From a virus (lineage: Duplodnaviria > Caudoviricetes): a DNA stretch of 30,939 nucleotides. Below the pieces are notes generated by a model. That model did not search any database. It had not been told where the DNA came from and saw nothing but the letters and a program-made list of their open reading frames with translations. Made by a program: the position numbers and the translations under genes. The stretch covers positions 1 through 30,939 of IMG/VR virus record IMGVR_UViG_3300017648_000011; one strand, given 5' to 3'. Shown here one piece after another: positions 1 to 8,537 of the stretch. The stretch's first letter is position 1. Every line of letters starts with the position of its first letter.

Positions 1-1
1 C

Positions 2-151
2 AAACACGACGTGCGGCCGGAGAACCTTGCGGCACTCTGCCAACGGTGCCACCTGATCGAGGACATGGCCGATCACATCCGCAACCGCGCCGATAACCGA
101 CGTCAGCGGCAGATCGAGGCCGGGCAGTCGGCGCTACCGGGGGTGCTGTGA
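2..151 (+). CDS. 3' end of an HNH-family endonuclease-like protein (truncated by the window edge)
   Basis: Frame from base 2 reads KHDVRPENLAALCQRCHLIEDMADH...PGVL*. NLxxLCxxCH is the C-terminal HNH motif. The TGA stop overlaps the next ATG. Confidence 0.7.
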   Translation, partial: KHDVRPENLAALCQRCHLIEDMADHIRNRADNRRQRQIEAGQSALPGVL

Positions 152-651
152 TGACTCGCTACGCTGAGGGAACCACCGTCTCGATCGAATCGTCGCAGGC
201 TGAGATCGCACGGCTCATCATCCGCTACGGCGCTCGGAAATATGCCAGCGGTTTCGATGAGGACGCACGACTCGCGGTGATCCAGTTCGAGGCGCACGAC
301 CGGCGGGTGCAGTTCCGGCTGCACATGCCAAGCCCGTCCAGCCGGGAGTTCACCCACAACGCACGCGGCCAGAAGCGCACTGATACGCAGGTTGACAACG
401 CTTACCAGGCTGAGTGCCGGCGACTCTGGCGCTCGCTCGTCATGGTCATCAAGGCGAAGCTGGAGAGTGTCGAGAGCGGTATCGAAACGTTCGAGCAGGC
501 GTTTATGGCCAACGTGGTGCTGCCCGGCGGCATGACCGTTGGCGAGTACATGTCGCCACGGATCGCTGAGTCCTATCGCACCGGGCAGATGCCGCCGATG
601 TTGCCGGGCGTGGCCCCGTCGGTGCTGGCGCTGGGGCGGGGGCAGGCATGA
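151..651 (+). CDS. Phage hypothetical protein
   Basis: ATG overlaps the upstream stop (TGATG) and the 3' end overlaps the next gene (ATGA); globular composition. Confidence 0.8.
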   Translation: MTRYAEGTTVSIESSQAEIARLIIRYGARKYASGFDEDARLAVIQFEAHDRRVQFRLHMPSPSSREFTHNARGQKRTDTQVDNAYQAECRRLWRSLVMVIKAKLESVESGIETFEQAFMANVVLPGGMTVGEYMSPRIAESYRTGQMPPMLPGVAPSVLALGRGQA

Positions 652-1553
652 GCAACGAGACCCGCCGACCGTGGACAGCCGCCGACGATGCCCTGCTGCG
701 CGCACTGTGGCGCACTGACGCGCCACGGAGCGAGATTGCCGCTCGGCTGGGCCGGACGCAAGCCGCGACGAAAAACCGTGCATCGAAGATCGGCGCAACG
801 AACCCCAAACCGCCGCGCTGGACTGCACGGGATCTGTTTCGGCTCGACATGCTGCTCGATCAGGGGCTTTCAGACGCCGCAATTGCACGACGCCTGAAGC
901 GAACGCCTGAGGCGATCAATCTCGCTCGGAAGCGGCACGGTCTGAAATCACGATCCAGCCGATTGATGAGCGCGCGTATGGTTGCTGACCTCATGGGCGT
1001 TGGCTGTGCGAAGTCTGTCATTGCATGGATAGAGCACGGCTACCTGGCGGGCAAGCGTGGGCCACGACGAGGGCCACACGAGCAGTGGCAGGTCGACGAG
1101 GAGGCGCTGTGGCGGTTCATCGAAAACCGCTACCACTGGCACCGCTGGGAACCTGAACGCATCACCGATCCGGCGCTGCGCGAATGGGCGATGGAGTTGC
1201 GCGAAGGCGTGCGCTTCCTCACTCCGGGCGAGGTTGCGTGGCGCTGTTGTGTCGACGCCAGTGCAGTCAACGTCTGGATACATAACGGGCTGTTACCAGC
1301 AGTGCGGAACGGCAACTGGCTGGTCCGTGAATCCGATCTAGAGGGATTCGTCCCACCTCACCAGCGGTCAAAGGCTGGCATGACACAGACCCGATTCACA
1401 CCAGACGAGGACGCACGGCTGCTGGCACTGCGCGACAGTGGCGCGACGTGGACAGCAATCGCCGATGCGCTGGGGCGGAACATCAGCTCAGTTGCGGGGC
1501 GCTATCAGCGGTTGACCGAACGCGCAGAACGAGCAGAACGAGAGGCCGCATGA
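648..1553 (+). CDS. Multi-domain DNA-binding protein (Myb/SANT-like repeats plus excisionase-like HTH domains)
   Basis: Three W/F-T-x-x-D/E units (PWTAADDALLRAL..IAARLGRT; RWTARD..IARRLKRT; RFTPDEDARLL..IADALGRN) and two HTH_17-like units (MSARMVADLMGV..WIEHGYL; LTPGEVAWRCCV..WIHNGLLPA..WLVRESDL). Confidence 0.75.
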   Translation: MSNETRRPWTAADDALLRALWRTDAPRSEIAARLGRTQAATKNRASKIGATNPKPPRWTARDLFRLDMLLDQGLSDAAIARRLKRTPEAINLARKRHGLKSRSSRLMSARMVADLMGVGCAKSVIAWIEHGYLAGKRGPRRGPHEQWQVDEEALWRFIENRYHWHRWEPERITDPALREWAMELREGVRFLTPGEVAWRCCVDASAVNVWIHNGLLPAVRNGNWLVRESDLEGFVPPHQRSKAGMTQTRFTPDEDARLLALRDSGATWTAIADALGRNISSVAGRYQRLTERAERAEREAA

Positions 1554-1735
1554 GCATCCCGTACCGCGTCCTGCGCGAACAACTGCGGCGCTATGTCCTG
1601 CAGTGCGCGACGGACGTGGCACGGGCACAGGCAGCACTCGCCGAGGCCAGACGGCAATACCAGCAGGCACTTGATGACGAACGTGAGGACGCGATGCAAC
1701 GCGCGCAGGAGATCCTCAATCGGAGACAGCAATGA
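1550..1735 (+). CDS. Small coiled-coil hypothetical protein
   Basis: MSIPYRVLREQ...NRRQQ, with ATGA overlaps at both ends. Confidence 0.7.
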   Translation: MSIPYRVLREQLRRYVLQCATDVARAQAALAEARRQYQQALDDEREDAMQRAQEILNRRQQ

Positions 1736-2076
1736 CGACGGCACCTGACACGCTGATCGCTGCAAACATGACTGAACGTGAGCTGCAAAACAACGTGGTT
1801 GCGATGGCGCGTGCACTCGGCTGGATGCCGTACCACCCGTTCGATTCGCGCCGATCCGAACCGGGCTATCCCGACCTGACAATGATCCACCCTGACACTG
1901 GCCGGCTGATTTTCGCCGAGCTGAAAACATCGAAGGGCCGATTACGTCCGGCGCAGATCGAATGGCTCGGGGCGCTGCGTGAGGTGGCGCGAGACCGGGG
2001 GCTGGAAGTTTATGAGTGGAGGCCCGCTGACTGGATTGACGGGACGATTGAGCAGATTCTGCGAGGTGGCCGATGA
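1732..2076 (+). CDS. VRR-NUC / PD-(D/E)XK nuclease (probable Holliday junction resolvase)
   Basis: TERELQ...GYPDL...IFAELKTSKGRLRPAQIEW matches the VRR-NUC signature. Confidence 0.9.
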   Translation: MTTAPDTLIAANMTERELQNNVVAMARALGWMPYHPFDSRRSEPGYPDLTMIHPDTGRLIFAELKTSKGRLRPAQIEWLGALREVARDRGLEVYEWRPADWIDGTIEQILRGGR

Positions 2077-2945
2077 CCGGTGTGCGGCTCTTTGTCGGTG
2101 GCCACGCCGGCACTCTCCAGGGCGAGCGTAACAACCTCGGGGGAGACCGGTGCTTCACTGCGGTGCACCCAGCGCCAGCACACACAGACGCGAATGATCT
2201 CCACTATCTGCTGGACAGCGGGGCGTTCTCCGATCCACCGGAGCGCCGATTGACACCGGATGCTGCACTCGACCGGCAGCTCGTGTGGGAGTCACGGTCG
2301 TCGGACGCATGGGGCCGGGCCGTCGCGGCTGAGGCCATCGTGTCCTATGACCTGCTGATCGATGAGGTCTGGACGGACGGCATTCGAGAGAAACGGCGCT
2401 GGTCTATCTCAGAGGCTGATAGCGCGGTGAGAGAGACCGTCGACGCAGCCGCTTATCTCGCATCGTGCCGGCACGGTCTGTATCCCCGTCGGCTGGTGTT
2501 GTCATGCCAGGGGGTCGACGCCGTGCAGTACGCCGAGTGTGTCGATGCGGTGCTGCACCATGCCAAGCCGATCGACTGGGTTGGTTACGGTGGCTGGTGC
2601 ATCATCGGGCGCTGGCAATCGTGGCTCCCGGAGTTCCGCCGAACACTGACACTCACAATCCCGCGAATTGCACGCGCTGGCGTTCAACACGTGCATCTGT
2701 TCGGCGTGCTATGGGAACCGGCGCTCGCGGCGATGCTGTGGATCGCAGACCAGCACGACATCACGGTGTCGACCGATTCGACCGCGCCACTGCTGGCCGC
2801 AACCCGTGGCAATCACCGCAAGGCCGGTGCGCGGGATTCGTACTGGCGTAACAACGTGGAGTGGTGGCGCCAGCATCTCGCAAATCTACGGCAGAGCCGG
2901 TACTACGGCGCTTTTTCGGATGCCCGACAGGCGGCATTGCTATGA
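2073..2945 (+). CDS. TGT-fold protein, DpdA-like (putative 7-deazaguanine DNA transglycosylase)
   Basis: Motifs LLDSGAFS, HVHLFGV and VSTDST occur in the order expected for the TGT/DpdA barrel (two catalytic Asp). No CxCxxC zinc motif of tRNA TGTs. Confidence 0.65.
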   Translation: MTGVRLFVGGHAGTLQGERNNLGGDRCFTAVHPAPAHTDANDLHYLLDSGAFSDPPERRLTPDAALDRQLVWESRSSDAWGRAVAAEAIVSYDLLIDEVWTDGIREKRRWSISEADSAVRETVDAAAYLASCRHGLYPRRLVLSCQGVDAVQYAECVDAVLHHAKPIDWVGYGGWCIIGRWQSWLPEFRRTLTLTIPRIARAGVQHVHLFGVLWEPALAAMLWIADQHDITVSTDSTAPLLAATRGNHRKAGARDSYWRNNVEWWRQHLANLRQSRYYGAFSDARQAALL

Positions 2946-3097
2946 CCCGCACTCCCTACTCAGCACCACCGCGCCGCGTTGACTACTGGACGATGGCATT
3001 CGGGATCATCGGCGCACTCGGGCTGGTCGTGGGACTGGCCGCTGGAACGTTCCTGGGCTGGTGCTTGAAGGAAGCAGCGATTGAGAAGGGCTGGTAG
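2942..3097 (+). CDS. Small single-pass membrane protein
   Basis: ATGA overlap with the upstream gene; hydrophobic stretch MAFGIIGALGLVVGLAAGTFLGWCL. Confidence 0.7.
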   Translation: MTRTPYSAPPRRVDYWTMAFGIIGALGLVVGLAAGTFLGWCLKEAAIEKGW

Positions 3098-3101
3098 ACG
3101 C

Positions 3102-3437
3102 ATGAGTGGCTCAACGATGACGCTGCGGAAAATTATTCTCGTGCCTGAGCATTGCGTTGTGACCGCCTCTGGCCGGATGACTGCGCCGCATCCTCGGTAC
3201 GTACTCGATAGTCCTCGCAAGGCCAGAAACTCAATCAAGCGTCATGAGCAATGGCTCGTCGATGAAGTGCAAGCCGAGATCGAAGCTACTGGCGCGCGCT
3301 GGATCCTTCCTGAAGCCACGCAGGCTGTTCCGGGGCGATTGACCACAGCCGAACACCTGAGTTTCTACATGACGCTGTTCGGCAAGGATGCGGACGTTTG
3401 GATCCAGCATGGCGGACAGAAGGGCGGTGACACATGA
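3102..3437 (+). CDS. Hypothetical protein
   Basis: Fills the operon gap and overlaps the next gene (ATGA). Start could be 3102 or 3117. Confidence 0.65.
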   Translation: MSGSTMTLRKIILVPEHCVVTASGRMTAPHPRYVLDSPRKARNSIKRHEQWLVDEVQAEIEATGARWILPEATQAVPGRLTTAEHLSFYMTLFGKDADVWIQHGGQKGGDT

Positions 3438-3799
3438 GTGAGCGTGACGTGTGGGTTGTGACTGCACTCCGCGACGACTACGAGGAATGCCCCTGGGTCA
3501 TCGGGGTTGCGGCGTCATTCGATGGAGCGGTTGCGCTGCGCGACCAACACATCGCTGAGTGCCGCCGCACGCTAATGAAAGTCGGCAGCGGTGCTCCAGC
3601 GACACTCAGCTCGTGGGAGTACGAGGTTGGGTATGACGGGATACCAGGGCTCGGGATGCGGCCGGGATGCGTAGCCACGTACAACCTGGGGTTTGCGGGG
3701 GGATACCACGACCCCGATGACGGCGATAACGAGGATTACGGGCCGTGGATCAGTTACGCGGCTGAACACTGGCTGATGAGTGAGGTGCCGCATGGCTGA
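3434..3799 (+). CDS. Acidic hypothetical protein
   Basis: Overlapping start and stop with its neighbours. Confidence 0.7.
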   Translation: MSERDVWVVTALRDDYEECPWVIGVAASFDGAVALRDQHIAECRRTLMKVGSGAPATLSSWEYEVGYDGIPGLGMRPGCVATYNLGFAGGYHDPDDGDNEDYGPWISYAAEHWLMSEVPHG

Positions 3800-4052
3800 C
3801 ATTGACGTCGATGTCGCGGTCGCCACGGTGCAGCAGATCGTGATGCTGTCACAGGTGGCGCTCACGATCCCGGACGATCACCTGCGCATGGCCATCAGCC
3901 AGGCATCGCGAGAGTCCACACTCATGCCGCTGTTCGATCCGACGATGGCACAGCGGCATGGCCAGAGCCTCGATGACACCGAGCGGATGCTGGAGGCGTT
4001 CAGGGCGTTCCGCTCGGAGATCGCTGACATCAGTCAGGCGGCGCGCCGATGA
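3792..4052 (+). CDS. Helical hypothetical protein
   Basis: GAGGTG RBS before ATG 3792; ATGA overlap downstream. Confidence 0.7.
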   Translation: MADIDVDVAVATVQQIVMLSQVALTIPDDHLRMAISQASRESTLMPLFDPTMAQRHGQSLDDTERMLEAFRAFRSEIADISQAARR

Positions 4053-4273
4053 GCAGGACGACAAATCTGCTGATTATCAGCGTTGTCTTCTGCTCTCTGC
4101 TCGGGTCGGCACTCATACCGAGCTCGTGGGCAGCGTTGCCGCTGATGATCGCCGGCGTGTCGTGGTTGCTCCTGCTGATCTCGTCTCTGAAGGGCGTGGC
4201 CAGGCGGAGGAGCAGCTGGCCAGCGATGGCCTCTGAGATTGATCCGGCCGAACGAGAGGTGACCAATGACTGA
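4049..4273 (+). CDS. Small two-TM membrane protein
   Basis: Two hydrophobic segments (LLIISVVFCSLLGSALI; ALPLMIAGVSWLLLLISSL) followed by a basic tail. Confidence 0.7.
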   Translation: MSRTTNLLIISVVFCSLLGSALIPSSWAALPLMIAGVSWLLLLISSLKGVARRRSSWPAMASEIDPAEREVTND

Positions 4274-4556
4274 CAATGTGGCCGCCCTGCGGCAGATGTA
4301 CGAGGACTCAACAACGGACAGTGACCGCTCGTGGGTTCACCGTGGCTGTGTGCTGTTTTCCGGTCGGCGATGTATTGAGGTCGGAACCATATTCACGCAA
4401 GAGGATGCCGACCTGATCGTCGCGATGCACGAGGCGCTACCGGCGCTGCTGGATGCGGTGGAGGCTGCGCGACGGGTCGCAAACCCTGACAGCACGTTGA
4501 GCGACCTGTACATGTTGCGGGACAAACTCGCGGCGCTGAAACAGGACGGTGCCTAA
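4266..4556 (+). CDS. Hypothetical protein, weakly Ead/Ea22-like
   Basis: GAGGTG RBS. DADLIVAMHEALPALLDAVE resembles the Ea22-type helix motif (recalled, not searched). Confidence 0.6.
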   Translation: MTDNVAALRQMYEDSTTDSDRSWVHRGCVLFSGRRCIEVGTIFTQEDADLIVAMHEALPALLDAVEAARRVANPDSTLSDLYMLRDKLAALKQDGA

Positions 4557-5065
4557 TGCCACTGATCACCATCTGCGACGGCTGCGGCGAGGAGATCGAG
4601 GGCGGCGTCACCCAGGGGCGCTACGAGCTGGAGATACCGACCGGCGATGAGTGGTGGGCCTCGGAGCGCCTGACGTTCCACGGGCGCGGCTGTCTGGCTC
4701 TGTGGGTGGATCGCACCGACCCGGACGGCACGTTCTGCCCACAGTGCGCGCCGGATGCGCTACCACCTGGCGCAGACTCACCGACGCCGGTCAGCGATGG
4801 CCACCACGCGCTGCGATTCGCCACTCATGATCAGCGGATGCAATACATCGACAGCCTGTTCGATAAATGCCCGCGTCCCGCGCATTTCCAACCGATCATC
4901 GACGGCCACAAGGTCCCGGCCGATGTGCGGATCATTGAGGTGATGTGTGGAGAGGATGGCTGGGCGATTGCAGAAATGCGGGACGAATTCTGCGATGTAC
5001 ACCACGTGAACCTGCTGCGGGTGAACCGCGGCAACGTGAGCGTCGAGATGATCGAGCCGTCATGA
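4556..5065 (+). CDS. Hypothetical protein with possible zinc ligands
   Basis: TAATG coupling to the upstream gene; CDGC, HxxxC and CPQC motifs. Confidence 0.7.
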   Translation: MPLITICDGCGEEIEGGVTQGRYELEIPTGDEWWASERLTFHGRGCLALWVDRTDPDGTFCPQCAPDALPPGADSPTPVSDGHHALRFATHDQRMQYIDSLFDKCPRPAHFQPIIDGHKVPADVRIIEVMCGEDGWAIAEMRDEFCDVHHVNLLRVNRGNVSVEMIEPS

Positions 5066-5154
5066 GACATCCGCTCAGTGACCGTGGACCGCCGTCTGGT
5101 ACCTCGGAATTCTGGATCCCGGAAGCCGTGAATCATTACCTGACAGGAGTACCG

Positions 5155-5493
5155 ATGAAGCGCTTTCTGACCGCCCTGATCGTCGCCGTCATGCTGGCCG
5201 GAGTTGTCGCCGTCCCGGCGATGGCTGCGCCGACGGATCCCGAGCCGTGCGTTGCCGGCGTCGAGATCCACGAGTTCACCGATAGTGTGACCGGCAACAG
5301 GATCGAGGTCACCACGACCACGACGTGCCTGGACGCCACCACGATCGACAACATCACCTACGAGTACCGGACTGTCGCGGTGTGGAGAAGCTCGAACCGT
5401 GGTGGGCATCTCGTGCCAGTCGAGGATATTCAGCCAGCCGGACCGTGGCAGCGTCCGTGTGGACCTGCGCGCGCTGCGGACGTGTGCCGCTAA
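5155..5493 (+). CDS. Small secreted protein
   Basis: AGGAG RBS; signal peptide MKRFLTALIVAVMLAGVVAVPAMA-A; four Cys in the mature part. Confidence 0.8.
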   Translation: MKRFLTALIVAVMLAGVVAVPAMAAPTDPEPCVAGVEIHEFTDSVTGNRIEVTTTTTCLDATTIDNITYEYRTVAVWRSSNRGGHLVPVEDIQPAGPWQRPCGPARAADVCR

Positions 5494-5514
5494 CGAGTTG
5501 ACCGACTGAGGCCA

Positions 5515-5543
5515 GAGAGCGGCGCAGGGGATACGCCGCTCTC
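5515..5543 (+). terminator. 10-bp GC-rich hairpin without a U tract (terminator or RNA-stabilising element)
   Basis: GAGAGCGGCG-9 nt-CGCCGCTCTC in an intergenic gap. Confidence 0.5.
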
Positions 5544-5562
5544 ACGATCGCGAGGAGCACAG

Positions 5563-5772
5563 ATGGCAGACGCCGACAGCACTGAGCGCGAGACGGTGAC
5601 GAGCACAGCGGCCATGCACTCGCCGGCGACGCGGCCGGAGTTCACTGAGTGGCGCTGCTACCGCTGCCGGCGTCTGCTGGCACTGATCGCGATTGACGGT
5701 GGGACGATCGAGCAGAAGTGCCGTGGGTGCGGAACCGTCAATGTCATAACCGTTGTTGAACGATCACGGTAG
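5563..5772 (+). CDS. Mu Com-family zinc-finger protein
   Basis: GAGGAG RBS; EWRCYRCRRLLA...IEQKCRGCGTVN matches the Com pattern RCxxCxxLL...IExKCxxCGxxN. Confidence 0.8.
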   Translation: MADADSTERETVTSTAAMHSPATRPEFTEWRCYRCRRLLALIAIDGGTIEQKCRGCGTVNVITVVERSR

Positions 5773-5798
5773 ACGTAAGCCGCTAGACCCGCTACACT
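5770..5798 (+). promoter_or_regulatory. Putative sigma70-type late promoter
   Basis: TAGACG (5770-5775), 17-bp spacer, TACACT (5793-5798), directly upstream of the packaging operon. Confidence 0.6.
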
Positions 5799-5824
5799 AC
5801 TCATAACGAAATAGACAGGGCTTC

Positions 5825-5868
5825 AAGCCCGGCAGTCGTGACAGACGTCACGGCGGCCGGGCTTTTTG
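5825..5868 (+). terminator. Intrinsic terminator in the late-operon leader
   Basis: AAGCCCGGC-a-GTCGTGAC-agac-GTCACGGC-g-GCCGGGCTT followed by TTTG: a long stem with a T run at 5863-5867. Confidence 0.8.
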
Positions 5869-5884
5869 TATTGCCGAGGAGATC

Positions 5885-6307
5885 ATGCCCACTCGACCGC
5901 CCCGTCCGTGCCGACACCCTGGCTGCCCGCGCCTGACATCGGGCGGCTACTGCATGGAGCACGCACAGGGATCGGCACGGACAGGGCGGTCGAGTGCACA
6001 TCAACGCGGCTACACGTCCGAGTGGCGACGCATCCGGCGTCAGGTGCTCGACACATTCCCGCTCTGCCGCCTGTGTGGCGCTCGCGCGACTGAGGTCGAT
6101 CACATCACACCGCTGCGACTCGGCGGAACACACGATCTGGCGAACCTGCAGCCGCTGTGCGCCTCGTGTCACCGCAAGAAGACAAGTCGACAGATGGATT
6201 TGCGAATTTTTTTTCGCGAGGGCGGGTCAAAAGTCTGCGAAAAACAGGCCCCCGGAGACCCGCGGCCACCCATTTTTTCGCGTCCGCGAAATGGCAGTGA
6301 TTTTTAG
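5885..6307 (+). CDS. Terminase-associated HNH endonuclease (HK97 gp74-like)
   Basis: GAGGAG RBS; PCRHPGC..YCMEH, RGY..W, CRLC..EVDHI.P...GG....NLQPLCASCHRKKT; lies directly before TerS. Confidence 0.92.
   Translation: MPTRPPRPCRHPGCPRLTSGGYCMEHAQGSARTGRSSAHQRGYTSEWRRIRRQVLDTFPLCRLCGARATEVDHITPLRLGGTHDLANLQPLCASCHRKKTSRQMDLRIFFREGGSKVCEKQAPGDPRPPIFSRPRNGSDF
6200..6305. other. Probable cos/packaging initiation region
   Basis: A/T runs unusual for this genome, GAGGGCGGGTCAAAAGTCTG, and repeated TTTCGC/GCGAAA motifs between the HNH core and terS, the usual cos position in HK97-like phages. Confidence 0.6.
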
Positions 6308-6337
6308 GCCACGTTACAGAGCGATACGGAACGACTG

Positions 6338-6823
6338 ATGGCAGGACGACCGCCCACACCGATAGCGATCAAGCAGCTGACGGGAAACCCCGGCAAACGG
6401 GCGATTCCTGCTGATGTGCCGACGCCGGCGGCCGGTCTGGGGAAGCCGCCGACGTGGCTGTCGAAGGATGCGAAGCGGCACTGGCGGCAGATCGAGCCGT
6501 TGCTGTCGTCGTTGGGGGTGCTGGCGGTGCCGGACACGCTCGCGTTCGCGCTGCTGTGCGATGCGCTGGCGGAGTACACGGCGGCGCGGCAGGTGATCGC
6601 GGAGAACGGCGCGACCTACATGACCGTCAACACGATGTCCGGGATCGTGATGCACCGGACGCGGCCGGAGGTGGGTGTCGCGGCTGATGCCTGGCGGCGG
6701 ATCAACTCGATGCTCGGGCAGTTCGGGATGACGCCGAGCGCGCGGGTGAAGCTGGCCGGAGCCGTGGCAGACGTTGAGGACGATCCGATGGAGGAGCTGC
6801 TCCGTGGTCGCCAGCGCGCCTGA
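6338..6823 (+). CDS. terS: Terminase small subunit, P27 family
   Basis: GRPPTP.AIK.L.GNPGKR...PPTWLS..AK..W...FGMTPSARVKL. Confidence 0.93.
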   Translation: MAGRPPTPIAIKQLTGNPGKRAIPADVPTPAAGLGKPPTWLSKDAKRHWRQIEPLLSSLGVLAVPDTLAFALLCDALAEYTAARQVIAENGATYMTVNTMSGIVMHRTRPEVGVAADAWRRINSMLGQFGMTPSARVKLAGAVADVEDDPMEELLRGRQRA

Positions 6824-8537
6824 GGCGACGGGCGTGCTCGCCCGGATGACGCAGTACGCCGAGGGCGTGGTGTCTGGCGAGATTGTCGCCGGGCAGCTGG
6901 TGCGTCTGGCGTGCGAGCGGCATCTGCGCGATCTGGAGCTGGGCAGCCTGCGCGGCCTGCGGTTCGACGAGGACGCGGCGGCTCATGCGATCGCGTTCAT
7001 TGAGCTGCTGAAGCACTCGAAGGGCCGGTGGGCCGGGGCGAATCTCGTGCTGGCCGACTGGCAGGTGTTCATCGTCGGCTCGGTGTTCGGCTGGATGCGC
7101 GCCGATGGGACGCGACGATTCCGCGAGGCATACACCGAGGTCGCGCGGAAAAACGGCAAGACGACGCTCCTGGCCGCGATCGGGCTCTATCTGGCGTTCG
7201 CCGATGGGGAGCCGGGCGCAGAGGTCTACAGCGCGGCGACGAAACGCGACCAGGCGAAACTCTGCTGGAGCGAGGCCGACCGGATGGTGCAGAGCACGCC
7301 GGCGCTGGCGCGGCTGATTCAGCGCAAACCGTCGGTGTCCAACCTCTCCAACCTGCAGACGTTCTCGAAATTCGAGCCGCTGGGCCGGGATAGCGATACC
7401 GCCGATGGCCTGAATCCGCACGCCGCGATCATCGACGAGCTGCACGCGCATCCCAACCGCGGGATGGTCGATGTGTTGCGCACCGCGTTGGGCGCGCGGC
7501 TACAGCCGATCCTGTGGGCGATCACGACGGCCGGGAGCGATCAGGAATCCGTCTGGTGGCAGATGCGCACCTACGCGGTCAACGTGCTGATGGGCACGTC
7601 TGATGACGATGCCCTGTTCGCCTACGTGGCGACGCCGGACCAGGGTGACGATTGGCGCGACGAGACGATCTGGGCGAAGGGCAACCCGAACCTGGGCGTG
7701 TCGGTAAGGATCGAAGAGCTGCGCGAGCAGGCACGCCGCGCCGAGGCGATGCCGAGCGAGCAGAACGCGTTCCGCCGGCTGCGGCTCAATGAACCGACCG
7801 AGCAGTCCGAGCGCTGGATCGACATGGCCACGTGGGACCGTAACGCCGACGCGCCACAGGTTGAGCCGGGCATGCAGGTCTTCGCGGCGCTCGACCTGTC
7901 CTCGACGATCGATATCACCGCCTGCGTGGCGGTTGTGCCGCGCGATGGTGGCTATGACGTGTTGCCGCGGTTCTGGCGACCGGGAGACACGATCGTCGAG
8001 GCCGAGCAGCGCGACGGTGTGCCGTACCGCCAGTGGGCCGACGCGGGCTACCTGACCCTGACCGACGGCACCGCGATCGATCCGGTGCAGATCGCCGATG
8101 ACATCGCCGACTGGCTCGCGCCGTATACGGTGCCGGAACTCGCGTTCGATGCCTGGAATGCCGCTGGCGCAGCCGCGCGGCTGGAATCGCTGGGCGTGAC
8201 CGTCGTGTCGATGGCCCAGGGATTCTCGACCTACTCCGAGCCGTGTCACGCGCTGGAGGGCCTGCTGCTGGAGGGCGCGATCCGGCACGGTGGCCATCCG
8301 ATTCTGCGCTGGATGGCCAGTCAGGTGATGGTCAAGTTCGGGCCGAACAACGCGATCCGACCCTACAAACCACATGGCTCCGGGATCCGGGACGACGGGA
8401 TTGTCGCGCTCCTCATGGCGCTGTCGCGTGCGCGGGTGCATCAGCAGGCCGCGCCGGTCAGTGAGCCGTCGATCGTCGTAATCGACCTGGACGATGAGCC
8501 GATCTATGTGCGGCGGAACGTGGTGGATATCCCATGA
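6804..8537 (+). CDS. terL: Terminase large subunit
   Basis: Walker A VARKNGKT, Walker B AIIDELH, ITTAG coupling motif, nuclease ALDLSS..DIT; GTG start after GGAGGAG. Confidence 0.97.
   Translation: MVASAPEATGVLARMTQYAEGVVSGEIVAGQLVRLACERHLRDLELGSLRGLRFDEDAAAHAIAFIELLKHSKGRWAGANLVLADWQVFIVGSVFGWMRADGTRRFREAYTEVARKNGKTTLLAAIGLYLAFADGEPGAEVYSAATKRDQAKLCWSEADRMVQSTPALARLIQRKPSVSNLSNLQTFSKFEPLGRDSDTADGLNPHAAIIDELHAHPNRGMVDVLRTALGARLQPILWAITTAGSDQESVWWQMRTYAVNVLMGTSDDDALFAYVATPDQGDDWRDETIWAKGNPNLGVSVRIEELREQARRAEAMPSEQNAFRRLRLNEPTEQSERWIDMATWDRNADAPQVEPGMQVFAALDLSSTIDITACVAVVPRDGGYDVLPRFWRPGDTIVEAEQRDGVPYRQWADAGYLTLTDGTAIDPVQIADDIADWLAPYTVPELAFDAWNAAGAAARLESLGVTVVSMAQGFSTYSEPCHALEGLLLEGAIRHGGHPILRWMASQVMVKFGPNNAIRPYKPHGSGIRDDGIVALLMALSRARVHQQAAPVSEPSIVVIDLDDEPIYVRRNVVDIP

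Noticed and set aside
5098-5119. KpnI, EcoRI and BamHI sites within 22 bp, resembling a polylinker
   Set aside because: No vector sequence nearby and the flanks are natural phage context; most likely chance.
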